Part shown: piece by piece, positions 40,106-49,508 of the stretch
Position numbering within the stretch: position 1 is the stretch's first letter
How the letters are laid out: the number at the start of each line of letters is the position of its first letter
Assembly: GCA_037308085.1 (NCBI GenBank)
Contig: CP147779.1
Location: 160,001-224,000, forward strand
Reading direction: 5' to 3'
DNA from: Promethearchaeati archaeon SRVP18_Atabeyarchaeia-1
GTDB lineage: Archaea; Asgardarchaeota; Atabeyarchaeia; Atabeyarchaeales; Atabeyarchaeaceae
Length of the DNA stretch: 64,000 nt
The notes under the pieces: generated by a model
The model's input: only the letters and a program-made list of their open reading frames with translations
What the model was told of the DNA's origin: nothing
Databases searched by the model: none
Made by a program: the position numbers and the translations under genes

Positions 40106-41184
40106 TCAAGAGACATCAAGGGAAGAAGCAGGTCTTAACACTTGCTCATAGTAGTTCGACGCCCTCGTAAGGGTGATCTGGTAGTATTCCCCCTTGGAAT
40201 CCGTGACCTTCTCCAAGTTGCCTTCAACGACAACTTCTTCCCCAGCTTCTGCCTGCCCCCTGAATTCCTCAACAAAGGAAGTAATCTGCCTGATCGGGCC
40301 AACATTCATTCCCTTCAGAACCTTCTTCAATTCTATCTTATAGAGCGAAGGCATGAAGAAGGAGTCAGTGTCATCGAGTACTTCGGCGACCGCTCTGATC
40401 CGCCCTAGAGTCTCGATTCTGGAGCTTGGGTCATATCTTTCTTCGATCTCGTTCCAGTCTCGCACTGGCTCAAACTCGATCTTGAAGTCACGACCAAGCC
40501 GCTCTGGTTTGTAGATCGCGTATACCATTTTTCTGCGGCAGTATTGACAGAAGTCCCTTAAGGGTATGTCCTTGAAGTACCAGTGCCTGCCGTTGGCCCA
40601 CTTCCTCCACTCATCGAACTCGTTGCTCATTTTCAGTCCAGGCTGACTGTAAATTTCTCGCAGAGTCTCTCTCAAAACCTGCGTGCTTCGCCGACCGTAA
40701 ACCACGAAATCGAGATCGCTAAACTCTGGATGGTGAAAGCCATGAAGTACCGAACCGAACACCCCAAAATCACTCGGGCGCAACTTCGAGTGACTGGTTA
40801 CAGTATCCAAGACCTCTCGCAGAGCAACTAGCAGCTTGTCTTGATCTAATCGATTGCCCTCCAGCAAAGAATGGAGTTTAGCTTCAGGTCGCCTTAGTTC
40901 CGCAATCTGCGCTAAGGTTAGTCCGACCAGTTTTCTCTGAAGCGGCGCGAAGAATAGTTGGTACTGTGGGTATCTCTCTGCCACAAACCTTAGTCCACCG
41001 TCGACGTAGAACTTGTAATACCGGCCAGATGGGGACTGACGAACCGCGCGAGGGTCATCTGTAGAGTAGATCTCCTCCGGCGCATATTCCACGTCACACA
41101 CGCAACTCTTAGGAGGATGAGAGTATCCGTACACTCTCAGAATAAGTCCCTCTCTTGTAACTGGGGAGTCTCTATCCCTTGCTT
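40106..41184 (-). CDS. Uncharacterised archaeal nucleotidyltransferase, paralog 2 (5' end irregular)
   Basis: GVFGS...SDLDFVVYG; homologous N-terminus ARDRDSPVTREGLILRVYGYSHPP lies upstream of the first in-frame start (41134). Confidence 0.8.
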
Positions 41185-41313
41185 CAAAGTTCTTTTGTCC
41201 AGTTCGACACCTTGTATCATTACCTGCTATCGTATCTCGCCTTCCAAGTCAAATGACCTAGCCTTCTTAAGAACTTTGGGCTAAAAAGAGAACCGTATGA
41301 AATGCGGTTCGCT

Positions 41314-42042
41314 TCAGGAAATAAATTTCTTCAGGAGTTCAGTGGCGAACTCCATCATTGCCAGTCGGTCCTCAAGGCTATTCTTCTCGTCGACAAAGCC
41401 TTGGTCAGATAGGTCACCAACAGCTTGCTTGGCTGAGAGTATATCCAACTGCTTCTTCACAGAAGCTCGCTCGATACTCATCAGATTCATCCAGTTCTTG
41501 ACATTTGCGTTGTCAGTGGATACCATGTTCTCGAGTTCCCGCTTCTTCAACTGGTACTCTCGGCTCAGCGACTTGTAAGCTTCGTCGCCAATCTGCTTTG
41601 TTGCATGGAGCTTCTCCAGTTTCTCAGTTTTGTCTTTGAGATCCGCGTACTCCTTTCTGTGAGCTTCAAAAGGAAATGGCTTTATCTTCTCTTCAAGTTC
41701 AGCCTTCTTATCCTTGGATGCCCTGGTTTCCTCCCTTATCTTGGCTATGCGATCCTTATAGTCACCAGGAGGAATGTCAGCGTTCTTAAGGAGAGAGTCC
41801 ATCTCGTTGACTTCTTCTTTGAACGCCCTTAACCTATTCTCAATCGCGTTAAGCTGGACTCTGATCTCAACCTGTTCAAGCACATCGGCTGGTATCTCCA
41901 GTTCAACGGAAGGGCCTTCCCGACCAGAGCTTGAAGCAACACTTCCCTTGATCAGCCGGCCACAGTACCTGCAGAAATTCTCAGAACCCTTGATGGGAGT
42001 GCCGCAGTAAGGGCATGAAATCCTATTTTCCAACGACACCAC
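41314..42042 (-). CDS. Zinc ribbon plus coiled-coil protein with SHOCT/CdvA-like repeats
   Basis: CPYCG...CRYCG; three LxxLxxxGx(I/L)sxxxY/F-like repeats. Confidence 0.7.
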   Translation of the reverse strand: MVSLENRISCPYCGTPIKGSENFCRYCGRLIKGSVASSSGREGPSVELEIPADVLEQVEIRVQLNAIENRLRAFKEEVNEMDSLLKNADIPPGDYKDRIAKIREETRASKDKKAELEEKIKPFPFEAHRKEYADLKDKTEKLEKLHATKQIGDEAYKSLSREYQLKKRELENMVSTDNANVKNWMNLMSIERASVKKQLDILSAKQAVGDLSDQGFVDEKNSLEDRLAMMEFATELLKKFIS

Positions 42043-42094
42043 TCCTCAAGATTGCTGCAGAACCTCGCGCCAAACCCTGCAGAAGCGATTGATT

Positions 42095-42418
42095 CTACGC
42101 GGTACTCTTAACCTTCGCAAGAGCTTTTTCAAAGGAGCCTTTATCTTTCACTATAGGCAAGTCGAAATAGGAGCCCAGGCCCTCTACTACCTCTTTAATC
42201 AGGTACATTATCGCATCCTTGGAGGTAAGCTCCTTTTTCTCGATTGTGCCATCTGGAGTTATAAATGATGCTTCCATCCACTTATCTCCGCCGGAGCTAG
42301 TCGGGAACATGGTATAGACGTAGTCCTCGGTGAAGGCTATTATACTAGGCGGAGTCGAGTAAGCTTTCTGAAGGATATTCAACATCTCGGCGGAATTCTT
42401 GGATTTGTCAGGAGACAC
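42095..42418 (-). CDS. Hypothetical protein
   Basis: 107-aa ORF with GGGGTG upstream. Confidence 0.65.
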   Translation of the reverse strand: MSPDKSKNSAEMLNILQKAYSTPPSIIAFTEDYVYTMFPTSSGGDKWMEASFITPDGTIEKKELTSKDAIMYLIKEVVEGLGSYFDLPIVKDKGSFEKALAKVKSTA

Positions 42419-42591
42419 CTATCAACACCCCCATGGATCCTCAAGTGCCATACCTCTAATAACAGGCTCGGTATGCAAGCATCCCTTGGCATTAATATTG
42501 AATAATGTAGATTTCCGCTCATAAGCATTTAGCAGAATCAGTCATTCGTGAGCAGAATCAATGCGATTGTCTCATTTTTCCACAAAAGAGT

Positions 42592-43221
42592 TCACATCTT
42601 CATCCATTCAAAGATCAAGTAGTTAACCTGACCCGACAGCGAGATCGTCGCGATAATGAACTTCTTTCTGACCGTCGTCGCAAGTCTTCCTGCCCTTACG
42701 GTTTCTATTGGGTTGATCGTTGAGCCCTTTGGCAAAGCATGCACTATGAAAGGCGCGTGGTCAATGCCCGGGCCACGCTGATAGACGCCGTAGTCGGCCC
42801 CAAACTTCAATCCAGGTCTAACAACATATCCTCTGTTCCTTAGATCCTTGTAGACGAGGTACTTGTCATCGAATCCATCATAGACTTTCTGCGCAAACTG
42901 TTGCAGTTCTTGGGCAGACATCTGATTCTTAGTCTTCGCATCAATCAGATTGATTCTCTTTTTCTCCAGTAAATAGAGAGCTTCCAACAAGGAGAGTTCG
43001 ACGGGGCATGTGAAGTCAAATGTCTTTGGCTTTCGAACCGATATAGGCTGACCATAGAAGCCTTCTTTATAGAGAGTTGACCCATCTTGTGGATCCCAAA
43101 CAATGACGTGCGTTTCGAAGAGCTCGGCTGTGATAGTCTTCTTGACCTCCGACTTCGAATTCGGCTCACCGATTTGTTTTTGCGCTTTGGCTTGTTCAGA
43201 GCTGTCACTGGGTTGTATCAT
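42592..43221 (-). CDS. endA: tRNA-intron (splicing) endonuclease, catalytic subunit
   Basis: LSLLEALYL, VYKDLRNRGY, GLKFGADYGVY, IDHAP, VRKK (Tyr-His-Lys triad). Confidence 0.93.
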   Translation of the reverse strand: MIQPSDSSEQAKAQKQIGEPNSKSEVKKTITAELFETHVIVWDPQDGSTLYKEGFYGQPISVRKPKTFDFTCPVELSLLEALYLLEKKRINLIDAKTKNQMSAQELQQFAQKVYDGFDDKYLVYKDLRNRGYVVRPGLKFGADYGVYQRGPGIDHAPFIVHALPKGSTINPIETVRAGRLATTVRKKFIIATISLSGQVNYLIFEWMKM

Positions 43222-43301
43222 GATGTTCGCCTTACAACTCCTGACTAATGTAGCGCCTGACTACCGAGTAGACCGCAACAACCTGCCCGAGGTCTTACCG
43301 T

Positions 43302-43958
43302 TCACTTGCTCCTTGCCATCGCAACTATCCTTATCGCATCCGCAGCCCTTTCTGCGGTGTCAGCCATCTCCTCAAAATGAGCCACCAGTTCCTTGAGCAT
43401 TATGAGCGTTTTGGGTTCAAGTTTCGATGCATAAAGCGAATGTCCTACCCGCCTCTGGATCTTGTCAGCATCTTGCTCAATGGCGTCAATCTCATCAGCG
43501 AACTCCAATGACTTGGCCGGATTCTCAGACAACATGAATATCGAGAGCCTAAGCTTCTCCGTAGCTGTGATCAGTTTCTCAATGAGATCTTGCATCTCTT
43601 TTTTGAAACCCGCGTCTGGCTTCCAGTCATGGATAGCCGTGATGCGGAAACCCGTTCCCTCAGCCACATCAGCTATCTCGTCAATGACGAGTGCCAGCCG
43701 CATTAAGTCCTCCCGATTAACCATAGTTGTAGCCTTTGAGAGTTGGTCAAGCAACTCATGCTTCAACTTGTTGGCCTCATCTTCGATTCTCGAGATCCTG
43801 TTGAGCCTATCTTCTGCCTCTTTGTATTCCCCTTCAACCCAATCATCGTAGAGAAGACTCAGTTCCTTGACGGCAGAGACGATCTTGCGACAGTGGTCCT
43901 GAGCTATGTCAATCGCTTTCTGCTCTGCAGATGCATCATATGGGTCAATTGTCGACAC
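43302..43958 (-). CDS. DUF47/PhoU-like phosphate transport regulator
   Basis: Repeated ExxAD/N ... D/ExxADxxE helical motifs. Confidence 0.85.
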   Translation of the reverse strand: MSTIDPYDASAEQKAIDIAQDHCRKIVSAVKELSLLYDDWVEGEYKEAEDRLNRISRIEDEANKLKHELLDQLSKATTMVNREDLMRLALVIDEIADVAEGTGFRITAIHDWKPDAGFKKEMQDLIEKLITATEKLRLSIFMLSENPAKSLEFADEIDAIEQDADKIQRRVGHSLYASKLEPKTLIMLKELVAHFEEMADTAERAADAIRIVAMARSK

Positions 43959-44037
43959 TAGCAGTCCCAACCTCGCTTGTTTCAAGAACAATTTAAGGTC
44001 ATAACATTTCAACTTAATAACTTGTCGCTCAAAGCAA

Positions 44038-44177
44038 GGGGTAGGTCTCTGCGTATCATTGCGCACCATGGGGTGATGACGTAGCAGATACTTTCCCACC
44101 TACGGAAGGAGGTGCCGACCTACCCTATAACCGGTAGCCTGCGGACTCACACCGTACTCCCCGCCCTTTCGCACCCC
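44038..44177 (+). ncRNA. Candidate structured ncRNA
   Basis: GGGTAGGTC/GACCTACCC stem enclosing two hairpins, then another hairpin; G-U pairs favour the + strand. Confidence 0.4.
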
Positions 44178-44296
44178 ATCTCACATCCGAGGCGTGCCAC
44201 TAAGAAAGATCGAAAGCCAAAGCAGGGAATGAGTCAGCGAAAACGTACAGAAGCTAACAGATCTGCCATGCTTCGGAAATTCTGCCCAATAAGCGT

Positions 44297-45076
44297 CTAC
44301 ATTTTCCAGAGATACTCGAAGTAGCCGTTTGCTATTGCAGCCAATCCAATGTGTTTCGCCCAAATCCCAATATTGATTACGTTGGCACCTTCCGAATTAG
44401 TTTCAGTCAAAATAATCATGGCTTCTCGTCCGTCAATGATTGCTCCACCTCCATAGAGGGACTCTCTGACTCGTGTCTCCGCGAGTTCACTAAGCTGGGC
44501 GGCGATCTTCGAGTCGAGTTTGGAGGTGAGAAGTCTAACCTTCACATCTGAGGAACGGAGCCTGCCAATTACTGGGTAGAACTTCGAAAATTCTCTGCCT
44601 CCAAAAGTCGGGAGTGCAATCAGAACATATCTCTGAGCCTTTTGTATGCTCTCCTCGATCTTGCTCAGCACGTTGTCTTCTCCGTAGACAATGTAGACTT
44701 CAGGTTTCTCCGATTTCCAGTTTCTCTCAAAAATAGGCTGAAGATCAGAGACCACCAGCTTCTCCTGTTCGTCAATGCGGCTCTGTATCGCAAGCTTGGC
44801 TGTGCGGACAGCCTCTAGTGGTGGCTTGGGGGCGTACTTAGTGGGCTTGGACTTCTCGGATTTGATCCAACCTTTCCTCTCAAGCCTGCCCAAGACATCA
44901 TAGATCCTGCTGTAGGGTACACCCGTGAGTTTGCTTAGATCTATTGCTGTCGAAGATCCCTTGTCAACCAAGGTCATGTATATCGTAGACTCGTATTCCG
45001 TCAACCCCAATTCACGCAGAGCACCATATACTCTTGAATCGGAACCTGCTTCGGTCAAGTCTGCATTACCACCCAA
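44297..45076 (-). CDS. TrmB family transcriptional regulator
   Basis: LGLTEYESTIY, VPYSRIYDVL..LERKGW, IIDGRE. Confidence 0.9.
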   Translation of the reverse strand: MGGNADLTEAGSDSRVYGALRELGLTEYESTIYMTLVDKGSSTAIDLSKLTGVPYSRIYDVLGRLERKGWIKSEKSKPTKYAPKPPLEAVRTAKLAIQSRIDEQEKLVVSDLQPIFERNWKSEKPEVYIVYGEDNVLSKIEESIQKAQRYVLIALPTFGGREFSKFYPVIGRLRSSDVKVRLLTSKLDSKIAAQLSELAETRVRESLYGGGAIIDGREAMIILTETNSEGANVINIGIWAKHIGLAAIANGYFEYLWKM

Positions 45077-45114
45077 GAGGTATCTTGGAGAATCGCCATT
45101 AGTCTATGATATGT

Positions 45115-45663
45115 TTATTCTCCCTGAATAATAATATTCTGTTGACACTTCTGCCGAGTTATTCTTGGCTTCAGTCCTGACTTCAAGTGCGCCTCTGAAA
45201 TGACTTGAAGCGCGTGATCTGGAGTTGCCGTAAAATGAGCTAGGTGGCTAATACACGAGCAGTCACTTGAACCGAATCCTTTGATGGGCAGGATCCCAGT
45301 CAAATTGTGTATGCAGCGCGAGGTTTCACACTCTTTGAGCTTGCTCGTAGTCACAGATGAGACGATTCCTATTATCTTCGTGTTTGGATGCTTGAGTAGG
45401 TAGTCGATATGCCACCTCATTTTCTTACCGCTTGAAAGGTGGCGTGACAGTCTCCCACTTAAGCTCGAACTCCCACTCCCAATCGCAGACCCAGTGTATG
45501 CGTAGTCGCCGGAGAACTTGAATAGTCCCAGTTTCCCAATCTTGATCCACGCGCTTGGATCTACGTGGATCAATATGGTGTACACTCCTTTCTCACCGAT
45601 CTTTCCAGTTGGCTTGTGGACCGACATTATCATGCTTCTGGTTCTCGCTTCTCTCCTACTCAT
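45115..45663 (-). CDS. GIY-YIG family nuclease (DUF123-like)
   Basis: GVYTI...YAYTGSA, RLSRH, WHIDYL, GFGSSDC-C-SHL. Confidence 0.85.
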   Translation of the reverse strand: MSRREARTRSMIMSVHKPTGKIGEKGVYTILIHVDPSAWIKIGKLGLFKFSGDYAYTGSAIGSGSSSLSGRLSRHLSSGKKMRWHIDYLLKHPNTKIIGIVSSVTTSKLKECETSRCIHNLTGILPIKGFGSSDCSCISHLAHFTATPDHALQVISEAHLKSGLKPRITRQKCQQNIIIQGE

Positions 45664-45754
45664 TTACATGATCGAAACATTATTCTCTAAGTATTTCCTT
45701 CTTTCTTTTATGACAGACGCTATTTAGCGAGGAAGCAATGGGGTTACGGCTCAA

Positions 45755-46165
45755 ATGGCATGCACTTACTCAAGTATTGAGATTCAGAGGGAACCTGAGT
45801 TCAGAGTATTCAAGAGATGCCTTTTCTATAACTTACCTTGCGCCGAGGTGAGGGGTTCCAAGAAGTGTCCTCTCCTCAGACGCACGTCGTCTGGACCGGC
45901 GATAGCCGGCGCACCAGCGACTCGTGGTGACGAAAAGGAAGTTTTGAACGAAGAGTTGAGGCAATTTGATAATATCCCTGCCGTTGGGGGGGAATACGGG
46001 GCAACAGGGAGGGCTCCAAAAGAGGCAACTGAGAAAACTGAGAAAATCAATGTGGTGGCTCCAAGAAGCGACGTAGATCTGCTTAGGGCAGAACTATCGG
46101 ATTTCATGGACAAGATGGAGTCGAAGAAAGAGAAACCGGCAATCTCCAAGAAGAAGGAGAAGTAA
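45755..46165 (+). CDS. Hypothetical protein with N-terminal Cys cluster
   Basis: Four Cys in the first 40 aa; charged C-terminus. Confidence 0.6.
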   Translation: MACTYSSIEIQREPEFRVFKRCLFYNLPCAEVRGSKKCPLLRRTSSGPAIAGAPATRGDEKEVLNEELRQFDNIPAVGGEYGATGRAPKEATEKTEKINVVAPRSDVDLLRAELSDFMDKMESKKEKPAISKKKEK

Positions 46166-46291
46166 CATTGACGGATGGAACGCAGACGACCTTGGGACTG
46201 TCATGATCTGATAGAGTCGTCCCCCGAGAACTATACAGTTTCTTATTCGTAGGCAAGTTGCCATTAAATCCAATTCAGGCTGGAAAGAGGC

Positions 46292-48013
46292 GTGATCAAT
46301 TTGCGCACCAACTCAAAACAGGCTGCAGAACGTGGCGTCGAAACCAAGGTTTCAACGACACATGGTCCGCGCATTGTCAGGGCAGATCGAGGTCCTAAGT
46401 TGACTTGTAAGGGATGGCAACAGGAAGCGGCATTGAGAATGCTTGAGAACAACTTGGATCCGGAGGTCGCAAAGGACCCTGACAACCTGATTGTTTACGG
46501 GGGAGCAGGAAAAGCTGCCAGAAATTGGGAGTGCTTCGACAAGATCATTGAATCACTGAGAGAACTTGAAAATGATGAGACTCTGGTAGTCCAGTCAGGC
46601 AAACCTGTTGGCATAATAAGAACACATCCAGAAGCCCCGCGGGTGCTAATCTCAAATGCAATGCTGGTTCCGAAATGGGCTACATTGGACGAGTTCAGGA
46701 GACTTGAGCAACTTGGGTTAACCATGTATGGGCAAATGACTGCCGGGAGCTGGATATACATTGGAACGCAGGGAATTCTCCAAGGTACATATGAGACATT
46801 TGCTGCAGTAGCCAGAAAGCATTTCAATGGAAGCCTGAAAGGAAGGCTTGTGCTCTCAGCAGGTCTAGGTGAAATGGGCGGGGCGCAACCACTCGCTGTA
46901 ACGATGAATGAAGGCGTCGCGATAATCGTTGAGGTTGACAGAGAATCCATTGAAAGGAGAATACGGAAAGAGTATTGCGACACTATGGTGGAGAATCTGG
47001 ATGAGGCAGTCTCAATGGCCAAAGAAGCGGTTGAGAATATGGAGGCAAAATCCATTGCTCTCCTTGGCAATGCAGCTGAGATCCACCCGAAACTCGTTGA
47101 TATGGGGATCAAACCTGATGTCGTGACCGATCAGACTGCGGCACATGACCCGCTCAACGGATATGTCCCGATGGGAATGAGCGTAGAAGAAGCAAGAAGA
47201 TTCAGACAAGAAAACCCAGACGGGTACATAAGCAAATCAAAGAAATCTATGGCCGTCCATGTTAAGGCTATGCTTGATTTCCAGCGCAGAGGTTCTATCG
47301 TCCTTGATTACGGTAATAACATTCGTCAACAGGCCTACGACGAAGGAGTGAAAGATGCATTCAAGATACCTGGGTTTGTACAAGCATATGTTCGCCCACT
47401 CTTCTGTGAAGGGCGAGGACCATTCCGCTGGGTGGCACTGTCAGGAGACCAAGAAGACATATACAAGCTCGACGACGTTGTTACAAAGGAATTCGCGTAC
47501 AGTAAGTCACTTGTTAGATGGATTAAGCTTGCCCGGGAGAAAGTCAGATTCCAGGGTCTGCCTGCGAGAGTCTGCTGGCTGGGTTTGGGTGAGAGAGCGA
47601 AGTTCGGGAGAATAATAAATGACATGGTTAGAAATAAAGAGCTCAAAGCCCCAATCGTAATTGGACGAGATCACTTGGATTCTGGTTCAGTCGCTTCGCC
47701 CAACCGCGAGACTGAAGGTATGATCGACGGTAGTGATGCAATCGCGGACTGGCCAATTCTGAATGCCCTGCTCAACGCCGTAAACGGCGCAACGTGGGTG
47801 TCGGTGCATCACGGCGGAGGTGTGGGGATAGGCTACTCGATACATGCTGGGATGGTAGTCGTAGCGGACGGAACAAGGGAAGCCGAAAGGAAGCTTGAGA
47901 GGGTCCTAACATCAGATCCGTGGAGCGGAGTAATACGCCACGCAGACGCTGGATACGAGGAGGCAATTGAAACAGCAAAGAGATTCAAGCTTAAGATACC
48001 TTTAATGAAATGA
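46292..48013 (+). CDS. hutU: Urocanate hydratase
   Basis: [49 protein letters not shown]. Confidence 0.97.
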   Translation: MINLRTNSKQAAERGVETKVSTTHGPRIVRADRGPKLTCKGWQQEAALRMLENNLDPEVAKDPDNLIVYGGAGKAARNWECFDKIIESLRELENDETLVVQSGKPVGIIRTHPEAPRVLISNAMLVPKWATLDEFRRLEQLGLTMYGQMTAGSWIYIGTQGILQGTYETFAAVARKHFNGSLKGRLVLSAGLGEMGGAQPLAVTMNEGVAIIVEVDRESIERRIRKEYCDTMVENLDEAVSMAKEAVENMEAKSIALLGNAAEIHPKLVDMGIKPDVVTDQTAAHDPLNGYVPMGMSVEEARRFRQENPDGYISKSKKSMAVHVKAMLDFQRRGSIVLDYGNNIRQQAYDEGVKDAFKIPGFVQAYVRPLFCEGRGPFRWVALSGDQEDIYKLDDVVTKEFAYSKSLVRWIKLAREKVRFQGLPARVCWLGLGERAKFGRIINDMVRNKELKAPIVIGRDHLDSGSVASPNRETEGMIDGSDAIADWPILNALLNAVNGATWVSVHHGGGVGIGYSIHAGMVVVADGTREAERKLERVLTSDPWSGVIRHADAGYEEAIETAKRFKLKIPLMK

Positions 48014-48038
48014 AGAGGCTGAAAGGTTCCATGAAAGA

Positions 48039-48347
48039 TTAGATCTTGCTGAGTACAGAGTCAACCTTGCCTTTCATCCTTTCACCTGCGATGTCTCTTC
48101 TGTCGTCTATCTTGATGAGGGTGCTAACCCGTTTAGCCCCTGCTTTGAAAAGTGATTCGTGAGCTTGCTTTACCAAAGCGAAAAGCTTGTCGAGTGAGTC
48201 GGTCTCGATTATCGTCGACATGGGTGTGAGTTGCCACTTGATCCCCTTTGCTTGTTTTATAGTTTTCAAGGCCTCAGCTATGTAGGTCGACAGCTCCGTT
48301 GAACCTGTTCCGATTGGAACAACTGACAGCTCTGCCATGACAGTCAT
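48039..48347 (-). CDS. Thiamine-binding protein (MTH1187 family)
   Basis: AELSVVPIGT, LTPMSTIIE, RVSTLIKIDDRRD. Confidence 0.9.
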   Translation of the reverse strand: MTVMAELSVVPIGTGSTELSTYIAEALKTIKQAKGIKWQLTPMSTIIETDSLDKLFALVKQAHESLFKAGAKRVSTLIKIDDRRDIAGERMKGKVDSVLSKI

Positions 48348-48448
48348 CGCGGATCAAATCCTCCTGGTTCGTGAGTTAATATTCCCTCCTGTTATTGGAG
48401 AGTTATATAAGGCATTCTGACTCTATCTATGGATGTGGGGGGTATTCT

Positions 48449-49417
48449 TTGAGACCGCCATGTGAGCTAGTTGTTAAGCATTATCTTCCCGTGATTCGCT
48501 CACTGATAGCGCGGGAGTTGATGGACGACTACAAGTTGAGCCAGATGCAGATCGCAAAGCTCCTTGGGATCACCCAGCCTGCAGTTAGCAACTATCTCTC
48601 TTTGCTCAGGGGTGAAGCAGACAAAGCCTATGATCGGACTGAGGTCAGAGAAGTCGCCAAGAAAATGGCTAGCGAGTTGGTGGAAGGCAGGCTATCACTA
48701 TCCAAGTCGATATATACTGTCTGCAAGCTATGCATAAAGCTCAGAAGCGGCGGAGTTACCTGCGGCTTACATAAAGAGGCAGTGCCAGAATTGTCAGTTG
48801 AAGAGTGTTCAGTCTGTTCGAAGCTCTTTGCCGAGGAGACTGAGCCGATCTCGGACAGAATCAGCGTTCTTAACAACATGAGGAACGCAATATCAAAGCT
48901 TGTCGACTCAAAGGAATTCATGGCGCTTGTCCCCGAGGTCAGAACCAACTTGGTAATGGCAACAAATGATGCTGCATCAGAAGACGAGATTGCGGGAATC
49001 CCGGGAAGGATAACTGTCGCGAGAGGACGCGTGAAGAGTCTAAGCGCAGAACCTGAATTCGGAGCGTCATTCCACTTGGCAGCAGTTCTCCTCGCCGCCA
49101 TCGAGAAGGACAAAAAGGTGCGCGGAGCCATAAACGTGAAATTCAGCATCGAAGTGGAGCAAGCTATGCGGCGCCTCGGAATGGAAGTCTACAAATTCAA
49201 CAGGGCAAAGTTTGATACGATGGCAAATGAGAAGCATCTAGCGGTTCCTTTGGCTGTGAAGAGGGCAGCCGATGAGCTTGGCAGAATACCAGAGGCTCTT
49301 GTGGATGAAGGGGGTTATGGAGTGGAGCCTGCCACGTACGTCTTTGGATCTTCGGCGACGGATGTGGTTGAGAAAGCCATCAAGATTGCAGAAGTCCTGT
49401 CAGACAAAGATCAGTAG
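48449..49417 (+). CDS. HTH-ThiN fusion (ThiR-like regulator)
   Basis: PCE...LPVIR, SQMQIAKLLGITQPAVSNY; ThiN domain PEVRTN, PGRI, FGASFH, GGYGVEP. Confidence 0.88.
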   Translation: MRPPCELVVKHYLPVIRSLIARELMDDYKLSQMQIAKLLGITQPAVSNYLSLLRGEADKAYDRTEVREVAKKMASELVEGRLSLSKSIYTVCKLCIKLRSGGVTCGLHKEAVPELSVEECSVCSKLFAEETEPISDRISVLNNMRNAISKLVDSKEFMALVPEVRTNLVMATNDAASEDEIAGIPGRITVARGRVKSLSAEPEFGASFHLAAVLLAAIEKDKKVRGAINVKFSIEVEQAMRRLGMEVYKFNRAKFDTMANEKHLAVPLAVKRAADELGRIPEALVDEGGYGVEPATYVFGSSATDVVEKAIKIAEVLSDKDQ

Positions 49418-49508
49418 CACGAGGGCGCGTTCATGGGCAAGGTGAGACCTCTGGGATGGAGTTTACGATCTGTTTTCCACCGTCGATCAAAGGTAGGCGA
49501 AACCGTCA

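Noticed and set aside
44055-44070. ATTGCGCACC resembling U1 snRNA loop II
   Set aside because: Inexact match, partly base-paired, and no 5' splice-site complement or Sm site
44152-44162. GGGGAGTACGG on the minus strand resembling a 16S rRNA motif or a riboswitch T-loop region
   Set aside because: Only 11 nt match, flanks do not fit, and wobble pairs favour the opposite strand
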